Position numbers and translations under genes: made by a program. From a virus: DNA of 64,000 nucleotides. Under the pieces are notes generated by a model that worked only from the letters and a program-made list of their open reading frames with translations, searched no databases and had not been told where the DNA came from. Numbering within the stretch: position 1 is the first letter of the stretch; each line of letters begins with the position of its first letter. Location: positions 33,241-97,240 of the IMG/VR virus record IMGVR_UViG_3300028800_000064; one strand, 5' to 3'. Shown here in pieces: positions 47,227 through 57,147 of the stretch.

Positions 47227-48258
47227 ATGAACACGAAGATGATCGCGCTTCACAAGACCTTCGATAAAGATGCTGCAGGAAAACGCAACCTTGTAGTCCA
47301 CATTTCAGATGGTGTTAATCACGAGTTCCTCCCCCCAAAGAAATTTGAGAACTTTATTGCGAAGCTGCCTGCCACGACGCTGATTCGCGCGACCGCAGTA
47401 AACGCTACGGACGGAGTGCTACTAGACCTTGCGGAGCGCGGTAACAAAATTGTGTACGCCTACTGGCATACCACTGGACTCGAATCTGGCCTGGACCCGG
47501 CAGACCTTGTATCCCAGTACGCATTGCTGCCCGAGGAGATGTTTCGTACGTTCAAGCCCCGCGCGGATATCGCGAATTTGAAGCAGGTTCTGTCGCTGCG
47601 GAACGCTATCGTTCAGTTTGCTGGAGACGCCACACGGCGCTTGAAGCAATCGGGTCGCGACATCGGTGATCCTGAAATGGAGATCGCGGAAGATGCGATA
47701 ACATCTATCCGCAAGGGTATCGTGCTGGAAGATGGGACCCCGCTGGATAAGCACGTACAAAAGTTGGCGGAGCGGATTCCGGAGTGCCGGTTGTTCAAAC
47801 AAATTACACACATCCAGGACTCATGGATCATGGCAGCTTCGTTTGTGGCGTACTCAGGTGGCTTCGACCGCTTCGAGGACGTTGCTTCCCTGTGGCACTA
47901 TTTTGGGCAGCATGTAGGAGCCGATGGCCGCGCGCCGCGCCGTCGCAAGGGTACCAACATCGACTGGAATCCGCGCGGGCGCACCATTTTGTATCAGCTC
48001 GGCTCCACGATCATCAAGAATCGTAAGAACCCATGGCGCGACTTTTTCGATCAAGCTCGGGCCATCGAGATCGCCGCGCACGACGTGAAGCATCCGGGAT
48101 GCAAAACCAAAGACGGGCACTGCACCATGATGGCATCTCGAAAGATGGTCAAGGAAATCGTCAAGCGTTTCTTCCTGGCCGAAAAGGGAATTCAGTACCA
48201 AGAGGATCACAACCCACTAAGCCACCAGGACAGTGAACTCCAACTTGTCAATGCTTAG
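47227..48258 (+). CDS. Tas-like Nop-domain (IS110-related) RNA-guided protein
   Basis: DRFEDVASLWHYFG..PRRRKG..WNPRGRTILYQLG..H..A.RKMVK; flanked by guide-like units. Confidence 0.85.
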   Translation: MNTKMIALHKTFDKDAAGKRNLVVHISDGVNHEFLPPKKFENFIAKLPATTLIRATAVNATDGVLLDLAERGNKIVYAYWHTTGLESGLDPADLVSQYALLPEEMFRTFKPRADIANLKQVLSLRNAIVQFAGDATRRLKQSGRDIGDPEMEIAEDAITSIRKGIVLEDGTPLDKHVQKLAERIPECRLFKQITHIQDSWIMAASFVAYSGGFDRFEDVASLWHYFGQHVGADGRAPRRRKGTNIDWNPRGRTILYQLGSTIIKNRKNPWRDFFDQARAIEIAAHDVKHPGCKTKDGHCTMMASRKMVKEIVKRFFLAEKGIQYQEDHNPLSHQDSELQLVNA

Positions 48259-48636
48259 GGTTGTGCGTGGGTGGCCATTGTACGATTGAAAACCAGTGAT
48301 CCATTGCCACCCACAAAATTTTATGACGGCCACCAGCTACGTGAAAACCACAACCGCAATGCCGTCAATAGTTTCGGAGCCACGGTACCGATGAAAACCA
48401 GAGTGTTTTTGCTCCGAGAAATTTACACAACGGCCACTGGCGACATGAAAACCACGGAAAGCGTGCCGTTTGCGAGTTTGGAAGCCAAATGCTCCTTGAA
48501 AACCATGGCACCCATGCTTCCAAAAAATTCAAGAGTTTGGCGCGGCCAATGAAACTATGAAAACCATCGACGGGGTGCCGCGCCTTGCAATTTCGAGGCC
48601 ACTGACGGTTTGAAAACCAAGGTCGGAATGCTTCGA
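48217..48636 (+). repeat. TIGR-like stem-loop array 1 (8 units)
   Basis: Units start at about 48217, 48267, 48324, 48372, 48429, 48477, 48539, 48593; each stem-CCA-N9-TG-N4-CCA-N9-TG-stem. Confidence 0.92.
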
Positions 48637-48654
48637 TAAAAAGGAGAAACATCA

Positions 48655-49149
48655 ATGGCTACGCTGACAGAGGTGAAGCAGCAACGCAAGGCGTTCGACG
48701 GTCGAGACACCTACGAACGTTTTACAGCTTACTGCAAAAAGCAAGACCTGGAGCCGAACAAGAAAGCGTTGATGGCCTGGGATGAACACCACAACCACTT
48801 CGCAATTCGGGACAACTACGGCACTCAAAAAGATGTGTATGCGCTGGGACTCCTGACGCTATACGAACGGTTCCTTGTGAACAACTGTATGCGTATTCCG
48901 AATGGCGCGCCGGTGAAACTTCCTAACGGGGCCACGTATCAGCCGACAGTGACTGAGCATCGGCATGTCGGTGGGCGCGCAACCCAGTTGCGGGATATCA
49001 CCGCGCAGCAGCTAAACGTGATCCGCGACCAATTCCGCACCGAGCTGCGACAACTCCTACGCACCCAGAAGTTTTTCAATCTGTCCGCTGGGGATATTCG
49101 CGGGATCGTTGCCGATGTGCTGGAGGAAACGCTAGCGGAGAAAGAATAG
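48655..49149 (+). CDS. Hypothetical protein embedded in the array
   Basis: AAGGAG RBS; 164-aa ORF between the two array blocks. Confidence 0.75.
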   Translation: MATLTEVKQQRKAFDGRDTYERFTAYCKKQDLEPNKKALMAWDEHHNHFAIRDNYGTQKDVYALGLLTLYERFLVNNCMRIPNGAPVKLPNGATYQPTVTEHRHVGGRATQLRDITAQQLNVIRDQFRTELRQLLRTQKFFNLSAGDIRGIVADVLEETLAEKE

Positions 49150-49157
49150 CTGAGACT

Positions 49158-49451
49158 GGGAGCGGCCACGCACCGATTGAAAACCAAGATACACATGCCG
49201 CTCCTATAAAATTTTCGAGGCCATGGAACTCTTGAAAACCACGCGGTTCGTGCCTCGATTCGATTTTAGGTGCGTCCAACAGAACATTGAAACCCACTGT
49301 GAGCATGACGCACCTACTAGTTTTCGGGACCACCGATTGAATGAAGCCCATAAGTGCGTTGTCCCGAACCGGATTGAGACACTGTCACAGCGGTGTCTCT
49401 TACAACTTCAAGGCCATTGGCGCTGTGCAGCCCATAAAGCACATGCCTTGA
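49158..49451 (+). repeat. TIGR-like stem-loop array 2 (5 units plus one spacer-less hairpin)
   Basis: Units start at about 49158, 49215, 49267, 49323, 49408. Confidence 0.9.
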
Positions 49452-49521
49452 TTTTTCTACTTGACGGATGGCAGCTAATGTGATTTAATAAGGAGATTCA
49501 AAGGCACCACAAGGGGACACG

Positions 49522-50235
49522 ATGAGAATCCGAACTATGTTGCTTGGGCTGGCGTTGTGTTTGTTGGGCTCGGTTGGTGCAAAGGCCCAGGTTTCGAAGG
49601 GCTGGCTGGTTGAGTCGGTCAGTGTAGAGAATGATCGCGGGCTGGGGTACGCGCCTCTGCCTGTCATCGAATTCGGAACCACGGCAAATGTCCCGCTCGG
49701 CAAGCGATGGGTGCTGGATGTAGCTACGTCCTACGATATTGCGCATAAGATCGGCATTGCGAACGGCTACCAATTGAACGATGGAGGCGGGGCGAAGTTC
49801 TACATCACGCCGTGGTTTGGTGTGACCGGCAGCGCCACCTACTCCTTTCTGAAGAACAGCTCTTATCACAAGGGCGGATTCAATTTGAATCCCGGCGTTG
49901 AGTTTCGCACCTATCCGCTGGGCATCCCATCACATATCGACATCGCGGCCTTCATTCCCAACGGCACCATCGACCGGAAGACGGGGATCGAGTCTAATCG
50001 CATCTCGGGGTTCTCGGTCGCGTGGGATGCATACCTAGCCAGTGCTGGCCCGTTCGACATTCACATGACCACATATGGCGGCTATTACCACGGGTACAGC
50101 GAAGGCAATCCGCAATGCGATGGCACGGACCCAGGTCCTGTAACCTGTCCGCGTGCGTCGTGGGCCACCGGCAACATCGGTACGACTGTGTCGTTTTACT
50201 TTCCGCGCACCAAAGACCCAGACCACTACTGGTAG
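49522..50235 (+). CDS. Secreted, outer-membrane beta-barrel-like protein
   Basis: Signal peptide (..AKA/Q); alternating aromatic/Gly strands. Confidence 0.6.
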   Translation: MRIRTMLLGLALCLLGSVGAKAQVSKGWLVESVSVENDRGLGYAPLPVIEFGTTANVPLGKRWVLDVATSYDIAHKIGIANGYQLNDGGGAKFYITPWFGVTGSATYSFLKNSSYHKGGFNLNPGVEFRTYPLGIPSHIDIAAFIPNGTIDRKTGIESNRISGFSVAWDAYLASAGPFDIHMTTYGGYYHGYSEGNPQCDGTDPGPVTCPRASWATGNIGTTVSFYFPRTKDPDHYW

Positions 50236-50796
50236 GGAGAACACATGATCTCGGACGAGACCCGGCTAGAGATGGATCAGTTGCGGAGTGAGGCTCGGCG
50301 GTTGGCGTTGAAGAATGATGTGCTGCAGGATGATGGAGTGGCGCACGTACTCTATCATCTCGTGGACACGCTAGCGCGAGTGCTGAACAGGCTGGACGAA
50401 GAATCTCCGATGGAGAAGGTGGCGAATGAAACCGTCAACTAAAAAAGTGTTGGGCGAGATTGCGATGTGGGTAGTGCTTTTTGTTGCCATCGTCGCAGCG
50501 CAGCAGCTCGGATACCACGAGGGTTTCGCAGCGGCCATGAAGTACAACATCCGTCTTGCCGTGAGCCCGATGTGACCATGGAAGACTCATACGATCACGA
50601 AGTGACGATCCATCTAACGAAGGCCGGAAAACTGCCGCGTGAAATAGACTGCAGCGAGTGCGGCGGAAAGATGTATCGTTGGAAGACTCGGGCGATACCG
50701 ACGTATCGATGCCAGGATGCGGACTGCGGCGCACAGACCACGCTCGATCTCGCAGATTTGAAGCGGCAGCATTTATCCTGACCGTGAGGGAGACCG

Positions 50797-50994
50797 ATGA
50801 CTGACTCCGAATTTCAGGGAATGATTGAGAACGTGCTAGTCCGGGGCGGAGTGCAGCCTTGGGAGTTGGGAGATTTCTTAGGCGTGAGCGCACGCACGAT
50901 AACGCGCTGGGCGGCAGGTTACGATCTTCCGCACACCAGCTTGCGCGTGCCGATTCAAGCTTCGATCCAGATATTTTCGGAGGGGCGGCAGTGA
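50797..50994 (+). CDS. Small Cro/Xre-like HTH protein
   Basis: ELGDFLGVSARTITRWAAG..P. Confidence 0.75.
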   Translation: MTDSEFQGMIENVLVRGGVQPWELGDFLGVSARTITRWAAGYDLPHTSLRVPIQASIQIFSEGRQ

Positions 50995-53659
50995 TGGATC
51001 GGCAACAAGTTTTGAGCTTGGCTCCAATTTGGAATGTGGGGGCTCCGATTGCCCATTTTTTGGCGTGGGCGGATGTTGTGGAGCGTCCGGGCTATAGCGA
51101 ACACACGCGAGCGGCTGGGCCTGTACTGCGCGGGTTCGCCTATGCCTTGACTGGCACGACGCCAGTGCGGCCCAGTGTTATCAGATTTCTGACGCACGCT
51201 ACGCCTGAGCAGTTTATGCCATGGATCGAACGTGCGGTAGGATTGCATTTGGATGCAGTCAATACAGTGGCACTCTTGAATCGTGCATACCGCGAAGATC
51301 ATGTTTGATTCAACCGCGCCAGGCTTCGAACCCTGGTGGAAACATGCCACCCGAGGAGAGATAAAGGCGCGAATCATGCGTCTGCGGTATGTGTTGTGGT
51401 TTTGTCGAGGAAGCGCAGCGGATCACAAAGAGAACGTGCTAGAGCACATCGCATTTCTGGAGGGACTACAAAATGAGCGGCATGAAACGCTATCGTAATT
51501 TCTACAATCATGTGGTGGAAGCGCAACCGATTGCGAAGTTTGAGTTTGATCGCCAGGCGGCCCAAGCTAAGCTCGTGCTGGAAGATGGCACGGTGGTCCT
51601 GCAACCGCGCGTCCATGGGTTTCATCCCGTGGTCGGCGACTACTATGTGCGCTGGGTCCCCGAGGCTAACGTGGCTTCCAGCACCGCGCATGCTCACTCC
51701 ATGTTTGCGACAGACATCATCCTCAGCAGGGCTCTGGTGTCCAGCTACTTGCGGCCTATAGAGCCGGAGACTGCGCCGTCCGTGTTTGCCGATTATCCGG
51801 GTGGCGTATGAACGGATACAGCACCTATATCATGGGTGATGTGTCGTTGTTCAATCGCGACGAGGCGGGCATTTTGCGAGCGTGCGCCGTGGCGCGCCAG
51901 CGATGGGCCTATATGTCCAACTGGCGTGTGCTGCACATCGACGGCTTCGAGCCGATCTACGCTCGGTCTCGCGCGCAATACCAATTCACCATGAAGGCTC
52001 AGAAACGTGGACAACTGGTTTGCAACTTTCAGTGACGCAGACGCGGCGCGCCTAGCAGTGATTTTGGCAGCAGGTGTTATCCTGTCCGCGATATGGCTCT
52101 GCAGTGATCCGCTGGACGACGATAGGGAGAAGTGATGGACAACGCAGATCGGTGGTACAACGTCAACTACGACGGCTATATGTGGCAGCCGGTCACGTTC
52201 TTTGCCGCGTGGAATGTGGTGATGGCCGAGGGCCTAGAAACGTGGTTACGCGGAGCCGTTGCAGAGGGTCCAGATGATCGCTGTGAATCGTGCGGGCACA
52301 CGCGCGCCAGCCATTATCCTATCTGCCGTGCGCTTGATGCAGCAGGCGATGTTTGCGACTGCTTAGATTTCAGACTAAGCCTAGGCAACCATAGGACGCA
52401 ATGATGAATCGCCCGACACAACGTCAACGGATCAATCATGGGCGCAGAACCGCACGGCGGCATCGCTGTTCTTCGGATCGGTTTTCTCCGGCCCGATGCC
52501 AGAACAACGTAGTGAAGAACGGGGAGTGGTGCGTTTACTGCCAAGCATGGCAGAATGGCGGCAGACGAGTGGAAAATCGATGAGGTGCTTATGACAACGG
52601 ACCAAAGCTGGCCAGGAACGAAGATCACGAAACCCACACCAGATGAGCGGGCGGTGCGTGCCTTGAATTTGCTGTTCGGGCGCAGCGATCACTCGCCATG
52701 GGCGATCAAGGTGTTGGCCAATGAGATCAAGGAGGCAGAGGATACGGCCAGATTTGAGCACCGGTTACCGGGGAACGGCGGGATAGCTCCAAGCCTGTGG
52801 GCCGTGCCTAGTTGTCCCGTGGTGGGCTGCCAACAGGTGGGGAGTCATTCGCACAATGAAACCGTCATCACCAGAGCCCCCACGACAGGAGGGAAACCAT
52901 GAAGAAAAAGAAAAAGAAACGCATCAACCAGGACAAGTACTCTTTTACCTGCCCGTGTGGGCGGGTAGAGGTATATCCGATGTACGTGTACGCGCACAGC
53001 ACGGCACAGTTGCGCTTCAAGTGTCCTGATTGTGGCCGTAATTTTGTGATCGAGAATTTCCAAGCGACGGAAGACCTAGACGTATGAGCGAACCAATAGA
53101 AACTTTGCTGGCGGAGCTGCAGGCGCTGGCTAGCCGCTGGCGTGAAGATACATGCCACAAACAGGAATGGGTTGAATTGCTCGGCACGACTGTGAAGTTA
53201 CCTGAGCTTTTCGATTGCGGGGATCGCGATTGCGAACAAGTTCGTGTGTGCGCGGATATGTTGGATTCGCTTGTGCTTTCTTGGGTGCGCCGATGAGTCT
53301 TCAAGATCGATTGATTTGGAAGGACGTGAAGATTCTCACCGACCCAGGCGGTCGCCTTGTCACTGCCCTGTGCGATATCGTAGGAATCTCAGGACTCTGG
53401 ACGCGCGGCTGGTTTCGACTGATACCACGGTGGGTCTGGGCCATCTACTGGCGCAGGTACTACGGATTACCGCTGTGGAGCAACAACAACGCGACAGGGT
53501 ACGCGCGAAGGATGCCATGAGACACCCGCGAAAACATTCTTTCAAAGCTACGATCAAAGCCTTCGAACGCATGGATCGCTGGTGGCTGGGCTGGGTCATC
53601 TGCCTGCCCAGGATATTCGGCATCAACCTTCTCATTGCCCGTGCAACCAAGAGGAAACC

Positions 53660-54022
53660 ATGGCTATAGGTCAAGCGAAGTGCATCAAATGTGGTGGGGA
53701 GACTATATATCGGTGGGTAGGCTACAGCGAGAGGCTCGCACGATTTGGCGGGTCCAATAGGAATAGTCCCGAGTTTTGGCCATACTGTGAATCTTGCTGG
53801 ACTGGCGATAAGCCCGCAGAGCCTACGAGGCAACCATTTCAACAGCGAGTGATCGATGAGAAGCGCGAGCTGGATGAGAAGGTGGCCAAACTCCAGACGT
53901 TTACTACATCGGCGGCTTTTGAGATGCTTCCCTGGGAAGAGAGGGCACGCATGCTCCGCCAGCATATGTACATGGTGGGATACTCCCAGGTGCTGCGCGA
54001 ACGGATTGCGGCATTCGACTAG
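53660..54022 (+). CDS. Zinc finger plus conserved phage helical domain (crAss001_48-like)
   Basis: QQRVIDEKRELDEK..L..F..Q..M..Y..VL.ERI. Confidence 0.65.
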   Translation: MAIGQAKCIKCGGETIYRWVGYSERLARFGGSNRNSPEFWPYCESCWTGDKPAEPTRQPFQQRVIDEKRELDEKVAKLQTFTTSAAFEMLPWEERARMLRQHMYMVGYSQVLRERIAAFD

Positions 54023-55336
54023 CTGGACTGACGATCAAAATAAGGAGACCCAGTATCATGCTTAACTTCTATCTTCTGCCCGGAACTTCGAGTTGGAGTC
54101 TTGGGGGTTTTCGTTTGTAGTTTTGCACAAAAACTCGGGTGCGTCATGTGACCGTGTCTGGGAGGAAACTAGACTTTGATACAAAACGTCTTTGGGTTGT
54201 TTGGCCAAGTTTGAGCGTAGGGCCGGATCACGATTCACTGAGCGCAACGGGGTGGATTCAGATTCAGTGGTTGCGTTACGTCTGGGAGTGGGCAATCTAC
54301 ACCCATGGTTGGGACGTGCGAGCTGACGGTGCTTGGGTGGATCGGGAAACCGGATATGTGGTGGGAAGTCAGTCAAAGGAGAAACCATGATGATCGAGGT
54401 TAGCCTTCAAGCAGGCGTCAACAGACACAACTGGAGTGTGTGGCCGAGTTTGATTCTGATAGACGCGCCATATTGGAGTTTAGAGTTCGGCTGGCTTTGT
54501 TTTTACGTTGCCATTTTGAGCGGGGACCGGCATCGCTCGTAGAGAATCAGAGGTATACCTCTCCGTGGTATTTGAGATCAAAGTCTCTGCACTCATCTGC
54601 GGTGAGACGGCGATCAACGCGAATGAGTCCATGCTGGTGGCGGGACACTGGAAGATCGAGGCGGTGATGGGCAATGTTACCTGGGACTTCGGCGTAATCC
54701 CATTGCAAGCCTTTGGGCAGCGTAGCGAAGCCCGCAGGCCGCAACAGGGGCTGATAGAGATAGGCCACGGCAGGTGTTGGCGTCATCGGGGCATCCCCGG
54801 CTTGACCAGCTTGCGCACTTCGAGCGCGTATCGGGGAGAGGATAGCGTGGGTGCGTTGATGAAGATCACAGTGATCTGATGGGTATGGGAGTGGCGGGCG
54901 TACCAACGATCTCGGGCTTCGGCGGTCTTAAATTTGATGATGCGGTTCATGTTCGTATCCTCCATGTCCAGAGGATAGCAAAGCACCGAAAGCGTGTCAA
55001 CAGTACCGAAGTACCGATTTTGCAATAGTACTAGGTAAAAGTTACACGAAGGCTGGATCGACAGTATAGCGAGACTGATCGCCGGGCGCAAGTGGACATA
55101 GCCTATTCGTCGCAGGATGGGCACGCACCACGCCGGAGTAAACGACGACCCGTAGCGGCGGAGATCGTGTCAGTTGAAGGTCAGTCTCGCCATACTGTCG
55201 GGGGAAAATAAATGCACATATTGTGCAAAAGGGAACAGACAGTTTGATGGCCATGTGCATGCGAAAATGGTCCGTTTTGTGACTAGAAAGAATATGACTT
55301 GCGCTGCCTATGTAGAAGCAACGATAGGAGATTAGC

Positions 55337-56392
55337 ATGTTGGACAAAAATAGAGTGCTGTTTGTACTGAAGGATTTTAGCCAGGACGACGAGTTGCCAA
55401 CCTACTCGGTTGAAACTCACTTCCATGGTCAATATGGGTACTTTGGTGGGGGCCTATATTGGTCAGCGAAGTATGTCTCCGACATGCTGAACCAATCCAA
55501 TGTCCCAGCCAAGCTGGTCGAAGTGTTCGATAACAGTTTCATCGACGCGGAGATCGTGCAGTTTAAGCCTACGATTGTGATCGTAGAGGCGCTGTGGGTT
55601 GTACCGGCCAAGCTTGCGGAGCTGCAGAAGCTCCATCCCGAGATCGTCTTCATCGTGCTGTTGCATTCGGAGACACCGTTCTTGGCAAGCGAGGGCATCG
55701 CGGTCGATTGGATCAAGCAGTACGCGGCCAGCGGTGTGCGCATCGCTGTGAACTCTCCCAAGACCCTCCAGGACGCCTCGGCAATCCTGGATGCCGCCCA
55801 CATCACCGCAGGCGTGTTTTACCTGCCCGACTACTACAAGATTCAGTCGAAGACGGCTCAAAGCCATGGCGAGGATCACCTCAGCGTCTCGTCCTATGGG
55901 GCTATCAGACCACTGAAGAATCAACTGATTCAAGCGGTTGCGGCCATCCAGTTTGCGAACCAGATCGGCAAGAAACTGTTCTTCCACATCAACGGCACTC
56001 GGCCTGAAGATGGCGGCAACGTGATTCTGCAGAACATACGCGCGCTGTTCGCGGGCACAGATCATACACTGGTCGAGGACGATTGGATGACCAACGACGA
56101 CTTCCTCAAGGCATTGCAGACTGTAGATATCGGGATGCAGGTGAGCTTGAGCGAGACGTTCTCTATCGTGGCTGCAGACATGACTAGCGTCGGTATTCCG
56201 ATTGTGGTGTCGCCGGAGGTGCGGTGGTCCGCTGAAATCAGCCACGCCGATCCCACCGACAGCACATCCATTGTGGCCGCGTTGCTCAGGGCTCATTGCG
56301 ATCCACAACTGAACGTGGGCATTAACAGAGAGCGGCTCGGTCGTTCAGTAGATGAGGCAAAACGTATCTGGTTGAAACTCCTGGGTGCATAA
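55337..56392 (+). CDS. Glycosyltransferase, GT-B fold (family 4-like)
   Basis: GAIRPLKN, DIGMQVSLSETFSIVAAD..GIPIV. Confidence 0.8.
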   Translation: MLDKNRVLFVLKDFSQDDELPTYSVETHFHGQYGYFGGGLYWSAKYVSDMLNQSNVPAKLVEVFDNSFIDAEIVQFKPTIVIVEALWVVPAKLAELQKLHPEIVFIVLLHSETPFLASEGIAVDWIKQYAASGVRIAVNSPKTLQDASAILDAAHITAGVFYLPDYYKIQSKTAQSHGEDHLSVSSYGAIRPLKNQLIQAVAAIQFANQIGKKLFFHINGTRPEDGGNVILQNIRALFAGTDHTLVEDDWMTNDDFLKALQTVDIGMQVSLSETFSIVAADMTSVGIPIVVSPEVRWSAEISHADPTDSTSIVAALLRAHCDPQLNVGINRERLGRSVDEAKRIWLKLLGA

Positions 56393-57147
56393 TGTTCGAA
56401 CTTCAGCGGTTAAGCAAGCTAGAGCTAGCCATGTGCGAGAACACGGTTAGCTCTAATGCTTTCTATATGATCGTGGGCAGCAGCCTGCTGCGCCGCGAGG
56501 GCTTATCCGTGGTGCGTATGGGCGATGGCGAACACCATCTGTGGTATCACTGCAAAGCGGGCAAGCCGGAATAACTCCTCACACCTGATAGCTATCACTC
56601 TCCCGAATGGCTGGCCAACCTGGGATGCGTGGGTATCACCAAAGGCGAGCTTATCACAAGGCTAGAGAACGCGGCAGCGGACTGCACGTACTTCGCGGCA
56701 TCGATCTCGGGTATCTGGCGCGACGACTACCAGACGCACATGCTGTCATACCGGCAGCGATACGTGGACAATTTCTTTGTCAATGAGTGGACCGAAGAGA
56801 TGCAGATCGCGCTGTTCAAAGAGGCGCGGCATGTGCTGTTGATACACCGCAACCCAGAGACCGCAGACGCCATGCAAATCAGGGCTAAGGTGGGACTGGG
56901 CGTCAAGCTCACATACCTCAAGATGGAGAGCTGGACTGAGACTGAGGCGATCATTGCAGCGGCCAGCAAGATAGACGCGCCGCTGGCATTGGTGAGCGCA
57001 GGGCCAGCTGGGAAGTACATCATCCCCAAGATTGCAGCGTGTGGCACAGCGCACAGCAAGGTTGTGCTCGACCTGGGTCACTCCGTAGATCACTGGACAT
57101 TGCCCAGCCTGCCAGGGTTTGGGTTTCAGTCCTGTGAGGCAAAATGA
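56392..57147 (+). pseudogene. GT-D-fold-like glycosyltransferase interrupted by one in-frame TAA
   Basis: SVVRMGDGE and SAGPAGK..LDLGH in the same frame; single stop at 56572-56574. Confidence 0.7.

Larger units (their letters stand above)
50245..54542 (+). other. Dense cluster of small hypothetical phage genes, several with CxxC motifs
   Basis: Abutting or overlapping short + strand ORFs with RBSs. Confidence 0.6.

Noticed and set aside
47227-48258. IS110 transposase / insertion sequence
   Set aside because: Only the C-terminal Nop-like region resembles IS110. The DEDD catalytic set is not visible, and the flanks are a multi-unit guide-like array rather than IS ends.
48271-48655. ORFs overlapping the arrays (48271-48552, 48365-48655 minus, 49223-49483)
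   Set aside because: Their periodic MKT/ENH words are translations of the TGAAAACCA loop; they are likely spurious.
48217-49451. CRISPR array
   Set aside because: No constant 25-45 bp repeat, the variable parts are paired 9-mers, and there is no cas operon.
56572-56574. Genome-wide stop-codon reassignment
   Set aside because: TAA, TAG and TGA all end well-defined genes elsewhere in the window.
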